Origin: Eutreptiella sp. 'Long Island Sound 2002'
Lineage: Eukaryota > Protista > Euglenida
Direction: 5' to 3'
Length of the DNA stretch: 64,000 nt
Assembly: GCA_964036045.1 (NCBI GenBank)
Contig: OZ038378.1
Coordinates: forward strand, 200,260,001-200,324,000
The position numbers and the translations under genes are program-made. Each line of letters starts with the position of its first letter. Position 1 is the first letter of the stretch. This document shows positions 12,100-25,479 of the stretch, in pieces. Under the pieces are notes generated by a model. That model had not been told where the DNA came from, ran no database searches, and was given only the letters and a program-made list of their open reading frames with translations.

Positions 12100-13054
12100 G
12101 GTCCGCTGCCGCACAGACTGAGGCTGTTAGTCAGCAACACATGGTGAGGGAGGCCTGGCACATGGCCCCTCGGGCGCCTGTGGTACAGTGCACTTGTCTG
12201 CGGAGGCACACACGAGGGTGGGAAGGCTGAGGCAACTGTGGGTCGGCAGAAAACACGGATGAGGAATGTGCGCCTGAACCGCTCGGGACTGCGGCGTTGG
12301 GGAGGTGCCCTTTGCAGAAAACATCTGCAAGAACATCATCCAAACGCACAGTGGCACGTATGCGGGCAGTGCAGGCGGCGATGAGCCAATTCAATCAATG
12401 CGCTGCGTTCACCGTACAGGTCGAAAAGCGCATGCACCATCCGTATTGAGCCGTCCAAGGCCCGATATCCGGCCATTTCAAAAGGAATGCGGCTAGGCCG
12501 TCCTCACCGCCCGCCGACCCTCAGTGGTGAGCAGTCTCCCGACTGCGACTGTGCAACCCAAGGCTTTTTGGTCATTCACTGGGGTTTTAATGCGCGGCAG
12601 CAGAGTGGGTGTGCGGCAGGGGGGGTATCCCTGCGGTGCTTTGAGGTCTGGTACTCAGGTGCACGCACCACACCCAGGCAGGCCAGGGGTCCATACCAAC
12701 AGTCAACTTTAGATGATTGCTGTGTATTTGGCATTGAACAGAACGTCACACAATCCCCCCTCCCCCCCAAGTGAAGCAATCAACATGGCTTCAGTGAAAT
12801 GGGCTGCCTGAAACTGGCTGCAAAATGCATGACAGCAGCATTCAGAACACTTGCCCTGTGAGTGACATGAGAGATCCTGAAATGAGAGACTCTGCAGGGT
12901 CTGCAAACGCATGATGCACAGCAACTCCCTCATACAACCCTTGAAATTGCGTCCGTACAGTTGTTGAAAGGGCTGAAACTCCAATGCAAAACTATGAGGG
13001 TGCCGTCGCACGGTGCGCGCACAGTGCGGCCCGTTTCCGATGTTTCCAGGGATT

Positions 13055-13320
13055 TTACCCGGTGAAGAGGCCCACTGCAAACCACTTTGGCGGGTGTTGT
13101 GATGGAAATAATGGGGGTGATGGGGAGGGGCTCCTGATCTGAAACTCAATGCAGTGGAGTGCAGCGGCCTCATGGACAACTACTTTGCCACCAACTTCAT
13201 ATTGGATCCGCAAATAGTCCCGGGGCTGCGGTGAGGAACCCAACACAATTGCTGGTACTCGATCAGCAGTACTCTCGCGATCGTAGAAGACTTGTGTACC
13301 AGGGGTGACCCAGGACAAAG
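13055..13320 (-). pseudogene. Isolated Tudor/SH3-like barrel ORF fragment, probably repeat-associated
   Basis: WVTPGTQVFYDRESTADRVPAIVLGSSPQPRDYLRIQYEVGGKVVVHE has a Tudor-like beta-strand pattern; no full gene context. Confidence 0.35.
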
Positions 13321-13769
13321 ACATGATAAATCCAAGCTGGGGAACAACACACATGACCATTAGGAACACTACAACGTACATAAATAGGCAAGCAAAAATA
13401 AGGTTTAGTTACAAGCACCCCAACGCAGACCACCGTACCATAACCTGGTGCCTTTGAGCTTGAAGCAGGGAAAAAACAGTGCCCAAGAAAACGCATATAT
13501 CGAAACTTTGCGGGGTGCGCAGGGTGCATGCAACTCCGTCTATGACTGCACAGTGAGGGCATTTGCACACAGCAGCGCACAGCGAGGGCCCGGCTACTTT
13601 GGGAGGTCTTCTGAAAAATCCCCCAACCCCCCAATCAGGTTCCCAATCATCATCCAGAGTCACAGTGCCGTTTTTTGGGGGGGGATAAATGTAACTCAAG
13701 ATCACCCAATACCAAAAATGAAAATCCAACTTGCAAATGTCAAAAATGGCAATTGCAGGTTCTGTGGCC

Positions 13770-14865
13770 ACTTTATTCATCTCTGCTCTAGAGCACCTGA
13801 TATGGTAGGGGTTATGTAGTCACTAGATTCCTCCCCACTCTACGATTCTCGATAGCTGTTGCAACTCCTCTGTGCTTTGGAGCACCTAGTAGGGCACAGG
13901 TGATGTCGGAACTGCATTCCTCCCCACTCTTAAGCACCTGATAGGGCAGAGGTCATGGTGCAACTTTATTCCTCTCCACTCTGGAGCCCCTGATATAGCT
14001 GAAGTCATGTAGCAACTTTATTCGTTTCCACTTTCCTCTCTTTATTCCTCTCCGCTCTGGAGTCAGCGAAAACGCAGAGGGTATGTGGCCACTTGACTCC
14101 TCTTTTCGCTAGAGCATCCAATATGGCAAAGATTGTGTAGCCACCGGATTCCTCTCCACTCTAGGGCCCCCTATGTGGCTAGGGTTATGGATTACTTTAT
14201 TCCTCTCCACTATAGAGTCCTTGGTGTGGTTGGCAACTTCATTCCTCTCCGCTCCAGAGTCCCGGATGTAGCGAGGGTTAAGTGGCCGCTTTATGCATCT
14301 CCGCTTTGGAGAACCTGATACATGATACAGTGGAGACTTTGTAGCAACTGCTTTGTCTTTACTCTAGAGTCCCGAAAACAGCTGGGGATATGTAGCCACT
14401 ATATTCCACCCAATACTACCCGATACAGCCGGGGAGATGTAGCAACTTCATTCCTTTACACTCTAGCATCCCCAACACGGTAGGGGTCATGCACCCACAT
14501 CCTCTCCACTCTAGAGTCCCAGAAACAGCAGGGGTTATGTCGCAACTTCATTCTTCTCCGCTGTAGAGCACCTGGCACAGCTGGGATTATGTAGCAACTT
14601 TATTCCTCTCCGCTCTAGAGCAGATATGGTAGGGTTTATGCAGCCACTTTAGTACTCTCCATGTTGGAGTGCCCCACACAGTTGGGGCTGTGTAGCGACT
14701 GCATTCTTCTCCACTCTACAGTCCCCAATACAGCTAGGCTTGTGTAGCAACCTTATTCCTCTCCGCTCTATAGAGTCCCCAAGACGGCATGCATTACGTA
14801 GCAACTTCATTCCTCTCCACTCTAGAATCCCTGAGTTGGCAAAGATTATCTGGCAACTTGAATAC
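13770..14865 (+). repeat. Degenerate ~52-bp minisatellite
   Basis: About 20 units resembling tttattcctctccgctctagagcacctgatatggtaggggttatgtagcaac. Confidence 0.85.
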
Positions 14866-14899
14866 ACTCAGCACTTTCGAGTCGTTGAAAAAATCATAT

Positions 14900-16300
14900 G
14901 ACAATGTGCATGGGTCTTAGCCGGCCAAAATTCAACAATTTTTTGCCATTTGTGGAATTGGGGTTGGTCAGTAACATCCATTGCCACGGCTTGAACAAAT
15001 TGCATCTGTTAGTGCCCTTCCTTTCATTTTGTGCAATTTCATATTTGGAGGCACAAAGTTTCCATGATATGTTGGAGAAAAAGTTAAAATATCTTTGCTA
15101 GGCAGGTACAGCAGTGCGGCAAAAATCTTGTGATATACGAAGACTGCCCACAGCTATTTCAGCATGTTCTCTGGCATGTAGTGGAGATATAATTGGCACC
15201 TGCACCAGTTGATCCAGAAAGAAACGTTGCATCTTTTCACCCCTTTTTGAATTTGAATGAAGACCCGGGTCTGCACCGCGCTCAGTGCTCCCTCCACTGT
15301 CGACATTGCCATTCGTGTGCTCTATCCAAATGAACTTGCGCTGCCCTCTAGGCCCAGCTCCTCCGAGACTTCGCCTAGACGTTGATTGTCCAGGTGGGAC
15401 TCTTATCCTACGTTTGCCATCTTGTCTGCCTCATGGTTGCATTTCATGCCCAAACGTGATGGCACCCGCTCCTGCTTACACAAAATTTGCTCCCAGAAGT
15501 CGCGGTGCCACCATTCACGGTTTTCCACCCGCCACTGTTGGTGCCACCATTTCTTGTGATGACAACCATCAATTCCACGATTTCAAAAAGCACCTCGTCG
15601 CACTGTTTGGAAAAGACCTTGCTTGCGCGGTGGGGATTCCCATGTTCTCTGAACAACCTGCAACAACTCCACCCCGTAACTGCTAGCCCTTGGCATTCAT
15701 TCTCCATGGGAACTACCAAGAGAGATAAGCAGGGGTGGGTCATGATTCTCCGTTCTCATTTGGTGGGGCAACAGGAGTGAGCCGCAGTTGGGTGTTCCGC
15801 TTGGAAGCTGATTCGAAATGCATTGTGCCTAATCTGACGCTTTCAATGCTATATGGTGCTTGAAACGCAGGGGACGGCGGGAACGAAGACATTACACAGT
15901 TATAACTGCACGCCGTTGCGGCAATTTTCAAGCACCGTAACAATGGGACATGGGTCCCTTCAGAGAACAAATGCTGAACCGCTCCCTTCACTATTGAGTC
16001 TTTGAGAGCTGTCTACATCTTTCTGAAGAAGCACCATTCTGCTCGTCCCATCTCGTATCGTTTGTGCTATTTGTTTGCAGGGAAGGGGATATCCTTGACA
16101 TACCAACGAAGCAACCAGAAGTACTGTCGCCTCCCACCATTTGCGGTGGTTATCCCAGGAATTGCCGGATCCTTTCTCATCCCCACTACGATGCTCTTTG
16201 CGGTACATTGCCAACGGCGTCTATGGATTACGGGCTGCGTGCCATGTACAGTGCTGGGGAGCACTGTCAACAGGTTAGAGCTCAAACCTACTCGTCGGAT
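14900..16300 (-). mobile_element. Degenerate non-LTR retrotransposon 3' remnant with RNase H
   Basis: Minus frame (with stops) reads VENREWWHRDFWEQIL...RVPSRLGMKCNHEADKMANVG...EELGL. This parallels WVKVPSH..NEEADKLAEEG...QELGL of the LINE at 59 kb. The outer limits are approximate. Confidence 0.55.
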
Positions 16301-18644
16301 TGGGTCGGTTGATGGTTGGTTGGCGACTGGGCTCGTTAAGGGTGGGTGTATCCCAAGGCATGGTGGCATGACTCGGAGGCCCTCTAGATCCCCGCACCTG
16401 GATGCACTGGTTGTGCCTCCACAGGTGTCTTACTCCCACACTGCTAGCGAGCAGGAAAAGGGGGGGGAAGGACACCAGAGAAGGAGGGACGGAGGTGGGA
16501 AGAAGGAAGGAGAGAGGACAAAGGGGGGCCAAAGGTCAGGAGAGCGGAGTGCAATGACGGAAAAAGAAATAGAGGCACTGAAGGAGCGACCGTGATCTGG
16601 ACTGAATGTCCCCAAGAGGTACGCTTCTCTGTAAAGATGTACTTCCTTTACGCTCAACCTCACATGGGTTTGTGAAGTGGCACCCCTGGTCCCCCGCACA
16701 AAGGCCACGGTGAAGGGCCCTGCTGGCAATGGGTCGTGACAATGGCCTGAGCTACACCCCCAAACCATACAAAAAGTAATCGGGCCCGGGTCATATTGTC
16801 ACAGTGGACAGTGCAAATGTCCTGGTGGCCCACTCACCAACACATGTGACGTGGTGACAGAATGCTTGTGAGACCAGATCAGACGCAACCAAAAAAGCTA
16901 TGGCGAGGGCTGTCCTGACATCAGCGGACCCACCAACCAACCCCAAACTGCCTCAGGGACCCCTCCGGCCGCCAGTCATCCCCAATACCCGTCGCTGACC
17001 CATCGGTGATCCCCAGCTGCCGTTGGTCACGTCACACACCAACTGCCATTGATTCCCCTCGCCGTCAGGCTGTCCAGATCAAACAAAAATCAAATTGGAC
17101 CCTGGAGACGAGCAACGACCCTAACAGTGGTGACCACTCGCCCAACAAGATGGACGAATTCAACAAAAAAGAAGTCGCTAAAACCCAAGGTGGTCCGCAC
17201 TGGCAGGCTGCGGCAAAGAATTGCTGCTGGGATTCCCGACAGATTCAACCGGGCTTTTTCGGACAGAGCTAAGGGACAGAGAACGCAGGGAGCAAGGTGT
17301 GGGGTCCAGGAGGCTTAAAAGCTATGAAAGAAGTCTATGAAACTGATGAAGCAGGCAGAAGTTTGAACACCGGTGGACACATTTCCTGGTTCACTGACCC
17401 TCCCAATCAATCCTGCGCCCCCCCCCCCCCCAACATTACTGTGACGACTCCTCAGCGAAAAATTGAGCGGGACTATGGCTGAAAAGGGTCGTTAAAATGA
17501 ATCCTCTTTCCTTTTCTTGGGGCAGCCTCCTAATTAAAAACAAATGAAACAAAACATCGGGTCCCATGACATTTGGTGCATCAAATTGATACAACTCCCT
17601 TTGACAACGGGTCACAGGGCCATATGAGCTTGAAGAAAGGCAAACATTCATGTTTCCCTCGTATGCATGTAAATGGCCTCAATGTGTTAATGATCAAAAA
17701 GGCATAGGACAACTCTCACTCGTGTTGCTAGTTTTACCCATCGTGTCAGAGGTGCCGATGACGAGAAATACAACAAAGATAGAGAGACAAATAGTAGGAA
17801 CTTCCCTTTGACCGCCAGCCTCAAACAGCGGCCAACTTACTGTTGGATGGCCAGTCAGCCTTTTGTCGCTTTCAGCATGTGCAAATAGATCCGGGGCCAG
17901 GTGTAGGGCTCGGGCTGTATAGCTGACAGCTTGGCTAGAAACTTGGGGCACTCTGCCACACAGACAACTGAATTTGTGAATCCCCTATGCAATTGCCGTT
18001 TCCCTTGCAAAGATACATTAACCATGACCTGTGCACCAACCCTCTCGCCCATTTGTCATACTGCCCGCATGGCATTTGCTGCGACGACTCCAACAGTGAA
18101 GCATAAATCTGACAGCACACTATCCTCTCGCTCATGTCAGTCATGATGATGACGGATTGCCATTGATCGAGTCAAAACAAAACGTGGGGAATTGATACTG
18201 CTGGAGGACAGACTATGCGTAAAAAAAATGAGGGTCAGGCTGGCCTGGTAGGAAGCAGGCAGAACTGCTCAAATGCAACCCCCCCCCATCCCCCCCCCCC
18301 CTCCACACATCCTTGCACCAGTATGCTGGAACGGGGCAAAGGGCTGGGCCTACATCCCGCAGAAGTTGTTATAATTCTTGATGATGAGCTGCATGAAGGT
18401 TAGTCGGGAGCAAATATATGCAATATAAGACAGAGGAGACAAGACAAAAATACGCTCAACCCTGACGCACCCCTGCGCTGACACGTCCTCCCTTTCGCAC
18501 TCGCGTCCAGGACCTCAAAAAGCAGATGCCTGCGCTGACATGTGGTACTGTACCGAGAGTCTGGAGTCCGCCTGTGCTCCGAGCAGGTATATGCACACCC
18601 GTAGAATACACACACGAAAGCACCCAGAAATGCACAAATCCGTC

Positions 18645-18683
18645 TGCACACACAGACACACACACACACACACACACACACAC
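18645..18683 (+). repeat. (CA)n microsatellite
   Basis: Visible cacacaca tract. Confidence 0.9.
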
Positions 18684-20065
18684 ATCCGTTAGACCAAAAA
18701 CGGAAGTGCAAAAGACGTCCAATCGATGCTTGAAAGTACAGGAGATGCAGTTCGCAGCTGCTAGTACCAGACAGAACATGGTGAAGCGCAGCCCTGACTC
18801 ACACACTTACATACCCTTAGCTGTCGGCTAGAAAACCGACAATATACAGCACACCACCAGCGAGTGGTGCTCTTGGCCCACTGCAACTTAGGTTCACCCA
18901 AGTCATCCCTCTCCATCAGCAAACGCACACGCACACACACACATGCTCGCATGAACAGAATGCACACCTGCATTCCAAGATGCATGAGCACACACGCATA
19001 CGCAACGCACACGTGTGGACATGTATGGATAAGGGGAGCCACCTGCAAACCCCCTTCAGGAACACCCATCCAGAGCAGGCCACGAGCCTTCAATCCCAAG
19101 GGCATACCCTCCTTGGCACACAGCCGCCCGCTGGCAGCCACCGACCAAGCGTGCCATTCAAGTGCACACTACCCGCCGCTCCGCGTGCAGTTTGCAACGC
19201 CCTGTTCCAGCCCCTTCACCGCCGAGGTCCGCACAATAACAGACAGCACAGCCCTGCATTGTCTCGAGAGGTCTCGTGATGACACTGACTGTTGGATCAT
19301 CTCTGAGCCTTGGTTGGTCAGCACTACAGCTACCTACATGACTGGACGACAAGAAAAGGAGTGAGGACACATGATTGGGTCGAGGTTTCAGTTTCTGCAA
19401 CCTAAACCGGCTACCACTGTCGGGTTTCTTGTGCAAAATTTGCGACATTGAACATCCCATGTCAAAGTATGATCCACCAAAGTGGATCCAGCAAGGCCAA
19501 ACTTCTGTCTTTTTGGCATTTCGCCCAGACATGCTGATGGTAATGCTGGTGCCACTGCGGCTGGTCGTGGTGTTGCTGCGGCTGTTAAGACTGCACAAGG
19601 GGGCCTCAGAATGGGCCTGGTGTGGGCTGACGCTTGTGCTGCTGGTTGTGGTAGTTGGTGCTGGTGCTGGTGCTGGTGCTGGTGCTGCTCGCCTCTACAA
19701 AAGATCAATGGTCAGTACCGATTGACTGAATCCCCGCCCATAGACACTTTCAGTCCAATGAGGTCCAATGAATTGTGGTAGTCGGCGAAGCGCTTGTGCC
19801 GCGTCAGTAGATGGCAACTCTGAAGATGCCGCACACAACGCTCGATGAGGCTGAACACGGTTACTTATGCCACAGGGCGGGGGCGGAGCCACGCTCGACC
19901 CTCCGACGGGCTACGTGCTGTCGCCCAAAACATGCAGCGCAGGGCTAACCGTAACCAGAGTTCAGATACCTGCAGACGACGAGCAGAGACACCTTCGGGG
20001 CGTGAATATTTGGGTGGACTGGGTAACTGGACAGGGCAGATGTCGTGTGGATGGCACCTTCACCA

Positions 20066-21457
20066 TTACACCGCGGTGACAGTCCATGGCAGAGTCAGCA
20101 TGTGTATCAACACCTCCTGATCGAAATGCCAGATTTGCCTCCAGCAGTGGCTCCGGGATTCATAGCGCACTACGTTACCGGCCCTCCCACACACAAGCAA
20201 CTCCTCCTCATACACATGGCCGTGGACGGGTTCAAAAGGCAAGCCAGGCCACGTGACCCACTGCCCTGCGGCTGGATCGTATGCCTCTGCGGTGTAGTCC
20301 GGGCCGCTCTGGTGGCCCCCGAGCACCACAAGCATGTGCCTCCATAAAACCACCACAGCATCGGCCCGGAGATGTTGCATCTCCGGCAGCATCTCCCAGC
20401 ATGCCTTGCTGAACACGTATTGCTTCAGGGTGCGGCTCCCCGGGGACATCATGGGCATCACAACAATTCGGTCCTCCAATTCGGTCGGACATTGCTCGTC
20501 CAAGGTGTTCGGCGGCCCCGGCAAACGCTTCCAGCAGCCGTGGTCGTACACTGCAAACCCCAGTTGGCCTCCGGATGTTGGACGATACAACGCCGCAAGA
20601 AGGCCGCTCACAGATACAAGGGTGGAGTCCTCATCCAGAAGGAAAAATGCGGGAAGTGGGACGCTATGCCAGACCCCTGCTGGGTCCAGTGCCTGAAGCT
20701 CGAAGGCCCCCGGTGACCGCTCGAAGAGCAGTACTAACCGCCCGTCCGACACCACAATCATGTCCCAGATCTCGAAGGTGATCCCCGGCAGCGTGACAGT
20801 CCTCCACGCCCACATATCAACGTCCAGCAGCTTCAGCGACGGGTGGCCGTCCGGTCCGAATGTCGCCACCACCAAAGACCGGCCCCACGGTACGCACGTG
20901 TCCATATGGTAGTCCACGTCGGCGTGGCGCGGGGCACGCAACTGCCGCCACCCGCCCACATCGGGCTCGTAGACGTGCGGGCGGCAGCCCATAGTTGTGA
21001 CTGCGAGGAGGCACTTCTGCGACTGGACCTGGCGCCGCAAGTCCGGCACTGCGTAGAACGCCACCTCGCGCTGTAGGCCCCGCAAAGCCCCGCGGCCGCT
21101 GGGTCGGTACACTGTTCCGTCCCGAAAGTACGCCAGCACAACCGCAAACCACCGCGGGTCGCGGTCCACAAAGAAGTGCTCCATCTCCTCGGAACCGTCC
21201 GCAAACATCCCGGAGGTTAGGGCTGAGAGGTAGTGCGGCCCGTGGCGCTGCAGCGCGTCCCGGCCGGCGTGGAAATGCGTCCCACCTACGTCCAAGTACA
21301 CGCACTGGGCCTGACGTGCATTGAGGGTCTGCACGTCGGCGCTCCGCGCCTCAAACTGCTGCCGTTGAAGCGCCAAGTGCTGCGATCTGCGCGCAATAGC
21401 CTGTTCCAAGGAAGTCAGCGCCGTGGCCAGGGCACATGTAGGGCCTTGCATTCGCAT
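20066..21457 (-). CDS. BTB/POZ (KCTD-type) domain protein with C-terminal Kelch-like beta-propeller, 463 aa, single exon
   Basis: VYLDVGGTHF...L...YLSALTSGMF...FFVDRDPRWFAVVLAYFRDG...EVAFY is a KCTD-type BTB signature. Repeats such as YEPDVGGW, LVVLGG and AEAYDPAAGQW are Kelch-like. Confidence 0.9.
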   Translation of the reverse strand: MRMQGPTCALATALTSLEQAIARRSQHLALQRQQFEARSADVQTLNARQAQCVYLDVGGTHFHAGRDALQRHGPHYLSALTSGMFADGSEEMEHFFVDRDPRWFAVVLAYFRDGTVYRPSGRGALRGLQREVAFYAVPDLRRQVQSQKCLLAVTTMGCRPHVYEPDVGGWRQLRAPRHADVDYHMDTCVPWGRSLVVATFGPDGHPSLKLLDVDMWAWRTVTLPGITFEIWDMIVVSDGRLVLLFERSPGAFELQALDPAGVWHSVPLPAFFLLDEDSTLVSVSGLLAALYRPTSGGQLGFAVYDHGCWKRLPGPPNTLDEQCPTELEDRIVVMPMMSPGSRTLKQYVFSKACWEMLPEMQHLRADAVVVLWRHMLVVLGGHQSGPDYTAEAYDPAAGQWVTWPGLPFEPVHGHVYEEELLVCGRAGNVVRYESRSHCWRQIWHFDQEVLIHMLTLPWTVTAV

Positions 21458-22619
21458 AAGAACAGCGGCAGTCTGTGCACAAGAACGGGGTAGAGGACTC
21501 TACCGCAAGGGCTGTAGTGAAGGCCGCGCGTGAAGGCGTCTGTCACGCGGCATCTGACCACCCCCGGAATGCCGCCCCACACCCACGCCACATGCCCCCC
21601 GCTGTCATTTCCCCGGCAACAGGTCCCTTATTCTGAGCCCCATGCAGGGGACAACGTAGGCCTCCCTGGCGCCACAAAAGCACCTGTACCACACGTTGGG
21701 GCCCAGCTCCACCCCCACCCCCCTTTGCTCAGGGGACACAGGACAACTGCGTCACACCACCGGACAGCACTGGAGGGACAGAACGGAACAGAGGTCCCAT
21801 GTGCAGTGAGAAAGACGCCCGCACCGCGCGCACCGCGTTGTGCACCGCGCAGGCGTTTCTAGCAACCCTCTTCTGCATTTTTCAAGTTTTTTTCAGGGTG
21901 GCAAGGACGTGGTGGCCTAAGGGGTACGCATACAACAACGGTGGCCTCCACTCCAGCCTCCTCACCAAAGGTGGTTGTAGCTGCCCACACCCCCTGCCAG
22001 GGGAGGGCCGTAGGAAGAGGAAGAAGAAGATGTAGAACTCTCCGGTACGGCCGCTCGACCGAAGAGCCTAGTGCCCCACAGGGTGCCCAAGCATGTGGAG
22101 CCGTTTCGAACGTTTCGTGTTTTGACATGTTGCTCAATGGGGTGCCCATTCCCATGATGCAACCATTTCGGTGTGCTCGGCTCAGTAATGCACTCGTTTC
22201 ATGTTTTGTGTCTTTGTAGGGGTCGTGTTGGTGTAGGGGTCGTGTTGGTGTAGGGATCGTGTTGTTGCAGGGGTCGTTGTAGGGGTAGGCACCCGTGGCA
22301 ATTGTCCGCCATCGCGACAGCCATCGCAACCTGGCTTGGCGCCCTATCCCGCAGCCACGGCACGCGGGCTCACCACAAGGGAGGGGCAAATAGTGGTGAG
22401 GTGCAGAAAACAGCACAAGGGGAAAGAAAAAGTTGTCGGTGCACTTGGAAAACGCCCGCACCGCGCGCGCACCGCGTGGTGCACCGCGCGCACCGCGCAA
22501 GCGTCTTTCTCAGTGCCCATAGGCAGGCCCCAGGCAAGCAATGTACCGCCCAGGTTCCACAGTCCCAAGGAGCACAGCAGCCCCAACAGTACCAGACTGC
22601 CTGCAAGAGTGACGACACC

Positions 22620-25150
22620 CCACTGCACCCAAAAGTTGGGTTTGAAATTCTGGGTCAAATTGGGGTACCCCTGGTGACATACCCATATTTGGCTGGAATG
22701 GCCTGGGGCTGGGCTGGCCAGAAATGATTTTGCCCAGGCGGGGGCATGGCGCGATGCGGCGCGCAAAAAAAAAAGTCCATTTTCACCACGAATCCATTTG
22801 GGTCCAATCGGCACAATGAAAAACGTAGGAAAAGTTGGGTTTGAACTTCTGGGTCAAAATGGGGTACCCCTGGTGACATACCCATATTTGGCTGGAATGG
22901 TCCAGGCCTGGGCTGGCCAGAACTGATTTTGCCCAGGCACCTGTGCGGCGCGGCACAGAGCGCAAAAATGTTTTCATTTTCACCTTACATCGATTCCGGT
23001 GGAATCGGCACGGTGAAAAAAGTACGAAAACTTGGGTTTGAACTTGTCGGTCAAGACTGGGGTACCCCCGGTGACATACCCATATTTGGCTGTAATGGCC
23101 ATGGGCTGGGCTGGCCAGAACTGATCTTGTTGAGGCGCGTGCGCGACACGGCGCGCAAAAAAGTTTCCATTTGAGTTGAAATGGATTTAGGTGGAACCGG
23201 CATGGTTAAACATGTAGGAAAAGATCGGTTTGAACTTCTGGGTCAGACTGGGGTACCCCCGGTGACATACCTATATTTGGCTGGAATGGCCCTAGGCCAG
23301 CTAGGCTGGCAAGAATTGATCTTGCCCAGGCGCGTGCGCGGCGCGGCGTGCAAAAAATATTTCCATTTTGATGCGGAATCAATTTGGGTGCAATCAGCAT
23401 GGTTAAAATGTATGAAAAAGTGGGTTTGAACTTCCCATATGGGGGTGGAATGGCCATGGGCTGGGCTGGCCAGAACTGATTGTGCCTAGGCGCGTGCACG
23501 GCGCGGCGCGCAAATGTTTTTTCTATTTTCCCCGGGAATTGATTGGGGTGGAATTTGCATGGCGAAAAGCGTAGGGAAAGATGGGTTGGAAATTCTGGGT
23601 CAAACTGGGTACCCCCGGTGACATACCCATATTTGGCCGGAATTGTCCTTGGCTGGGCTGGCCGGAACTGATTTTGCCAGGGCGCGCGCGCGGCGCGCAA
23701 AAAACATTTCATTTTCACTAGGAATGCAGTTGGGTGGAATCGGCACAATGAGAAACGTAGGAAAAGTTGGCTTTGAACTTCTAGGGCAAACTGGGGGACC
23801 ACCGGTGACATAGCCATATTTGGCTGCAATGGCCCTGGGCTCGGTTGGGTAGAAGTCATTTCGCCTGGGCGTGTGCGCCGCGCGGAACGCAAAAAATTTT
23901 CCATTTTCACCGGGAAGCAATTTGGCTGAAATGGGCATGGTGAAAAACGCAGGAAAAGGTGGGTTTGAACTTTTGGGTCAAACTGGGGTACCCCCGGTGA
24001 CATACCCATAAAGGGGTGGAATGGCCATGGGCTGCCGTGGCAAGAAATGATTTTGCCCAGGGGAGCGCACGGCGCGGCACCCAAAAAAGTTTCCATTTTC
24101 ACGGGGAATCAATTCGGGTGGAATCAGCATGGTGAAAAGCGTAGGAAAAGGGGGGTTGGAACTTCTGGGTCAAACTGGGGTACCCCCGGTGACATACCTA
24201 TATTTGGCTGGAATGGCCCTAGGCCAGCTAGGCTGGCAAGAATTGATCTTGCCAAGGCGCGCGCGCGGCGCGGTGCGGCGTGCGGCGTGCAAAAAATATT
24301 TCCATTTTGATGCGGAATCAATTCGGGTGCAATCAGCATGGTTAAAAATGTATGAAAAAGCGGGGTTGAACTTCCCATATGGGGGTCCAATGGCCATGGG
24401 CTGGGCTGGCCAGACCTGATTGTGCCTAGGTGTGGGCACGGAGCGGCGCGCAAATGTTTTTTTCTATTTTCCCCGGGAATCAATTGGGGTGGAATTTGCG
24501 TGGTATAAAGCGTAGGAAAAGGTGGGTTGGAACTTCTGGGTCAAACAGGGGTCCCCCCTGTGTCATAGCCACATTTGGGTGGAATGGCCATGGGCTGGGC
24601 TGGCCTGAGCTGATCTTGTCCAGGCAAGAACGTGATGCAGGGCGCAAAAAAGATTCCATTTGCACCGGGAATCATTTTTGGTGGAATCAGCATGGCGAAA
24701 AACGTAGAAAAACTTGGGTTTGAACTTCTGGGTCAAACTAGGGTACCCCCGGTGACATACCGATATTCGGGTGGAATGGCCATGGGCTGGGCTGGCCAGA
24801 ACTGATTTGCCCAGACGCGGAAAAAAATGTCCATTTTGACTGGGAATCGATCTGGGTGGAATCTGCATGGTGAAAAACGTAGGAAAACTTGGGCTTGAAC
24901 TTCTGGGTCAAAATGGGGTACTCCCCATGACATACCCATATTTGGCTGGAATGGCCCTGGGCTAGGCTGGCCAGAACTAATTTTGCCTAGGCGCGCGCGC
25001 GGTGTGGCGCGCAAAAAAGTTTCCATTTTCGACGGGAATGAATTTGAGTGGAATCGGCATGGTAAAATCGATAGGAAAAGTTGGGTTTGAAATTCTGGGG
25101 GAAACTGGGGGACCCCCGGTGACATACCCATATTCATTGGGGTATCCCAT
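22620..25150 (+). repeat. ~190-bp tandem satellite, ~13 copies (family B)
   Basis: The marker gggtcaaactggggtacccccggtgacatacccatatttggctggaatggcc recurs at ~22652, 22851, 23049, 23240, 23598, 23783, 23976, 24167, 24538, 24730, 24907 and 25098. Confidence 0.9.
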
Positions 25151-25479
25151 TTTGACGCGGAATTGCAAATTCTATTGCCTTCGGCAAGGCACCTCGAAGA
25201 GGGGAGAGGTGCGAGAGGGCAGTTTAAGCAGTGAGGAGACACATGCTAGGGCAGGGTCGCTATGGCATGAGGGGTTGGCATGCATGGTCACCAAATGAAA
25301 ACCTTTTTGGTTGTCACATAGTGTCGGGCACCTCCGAACTGTTGGGTATGCGGCCTAGGTGCTCCGAATTGTTGGGTATGCGGCCCAGGGGTGATCCGAC
25401 TATTCGCATTGCCCCTACTTGTTGTACGGTAGGGTTGCATCGGCTTGGGTATTTCCGGCAATGTGTGCCCAAGCCCCCT

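Noticed and set aside
11106-12147. Overlapping ORFs of 150-218 aa around SpoU exon 1, and similarly 45378-47176 and 52890-54363
   Set aside because: Shadow frames of GC-rich real genes
13010-13060. cctggaaacatcggaaac resembling the SpoU PGNIGN codons
   Set aside because: Only ~18-35 bp of similarity with no flanking homology
18040-18150. Plus-strand LSYCPHGICC resembling the KDZ C-x-H-G motif
   Set aside because: No upstream DG motif or properly spaced downstream YD motif; could be chance
22783-25242. ORFs up to 298 aa
   Set aside because: Translations of the ~190-bp satellite
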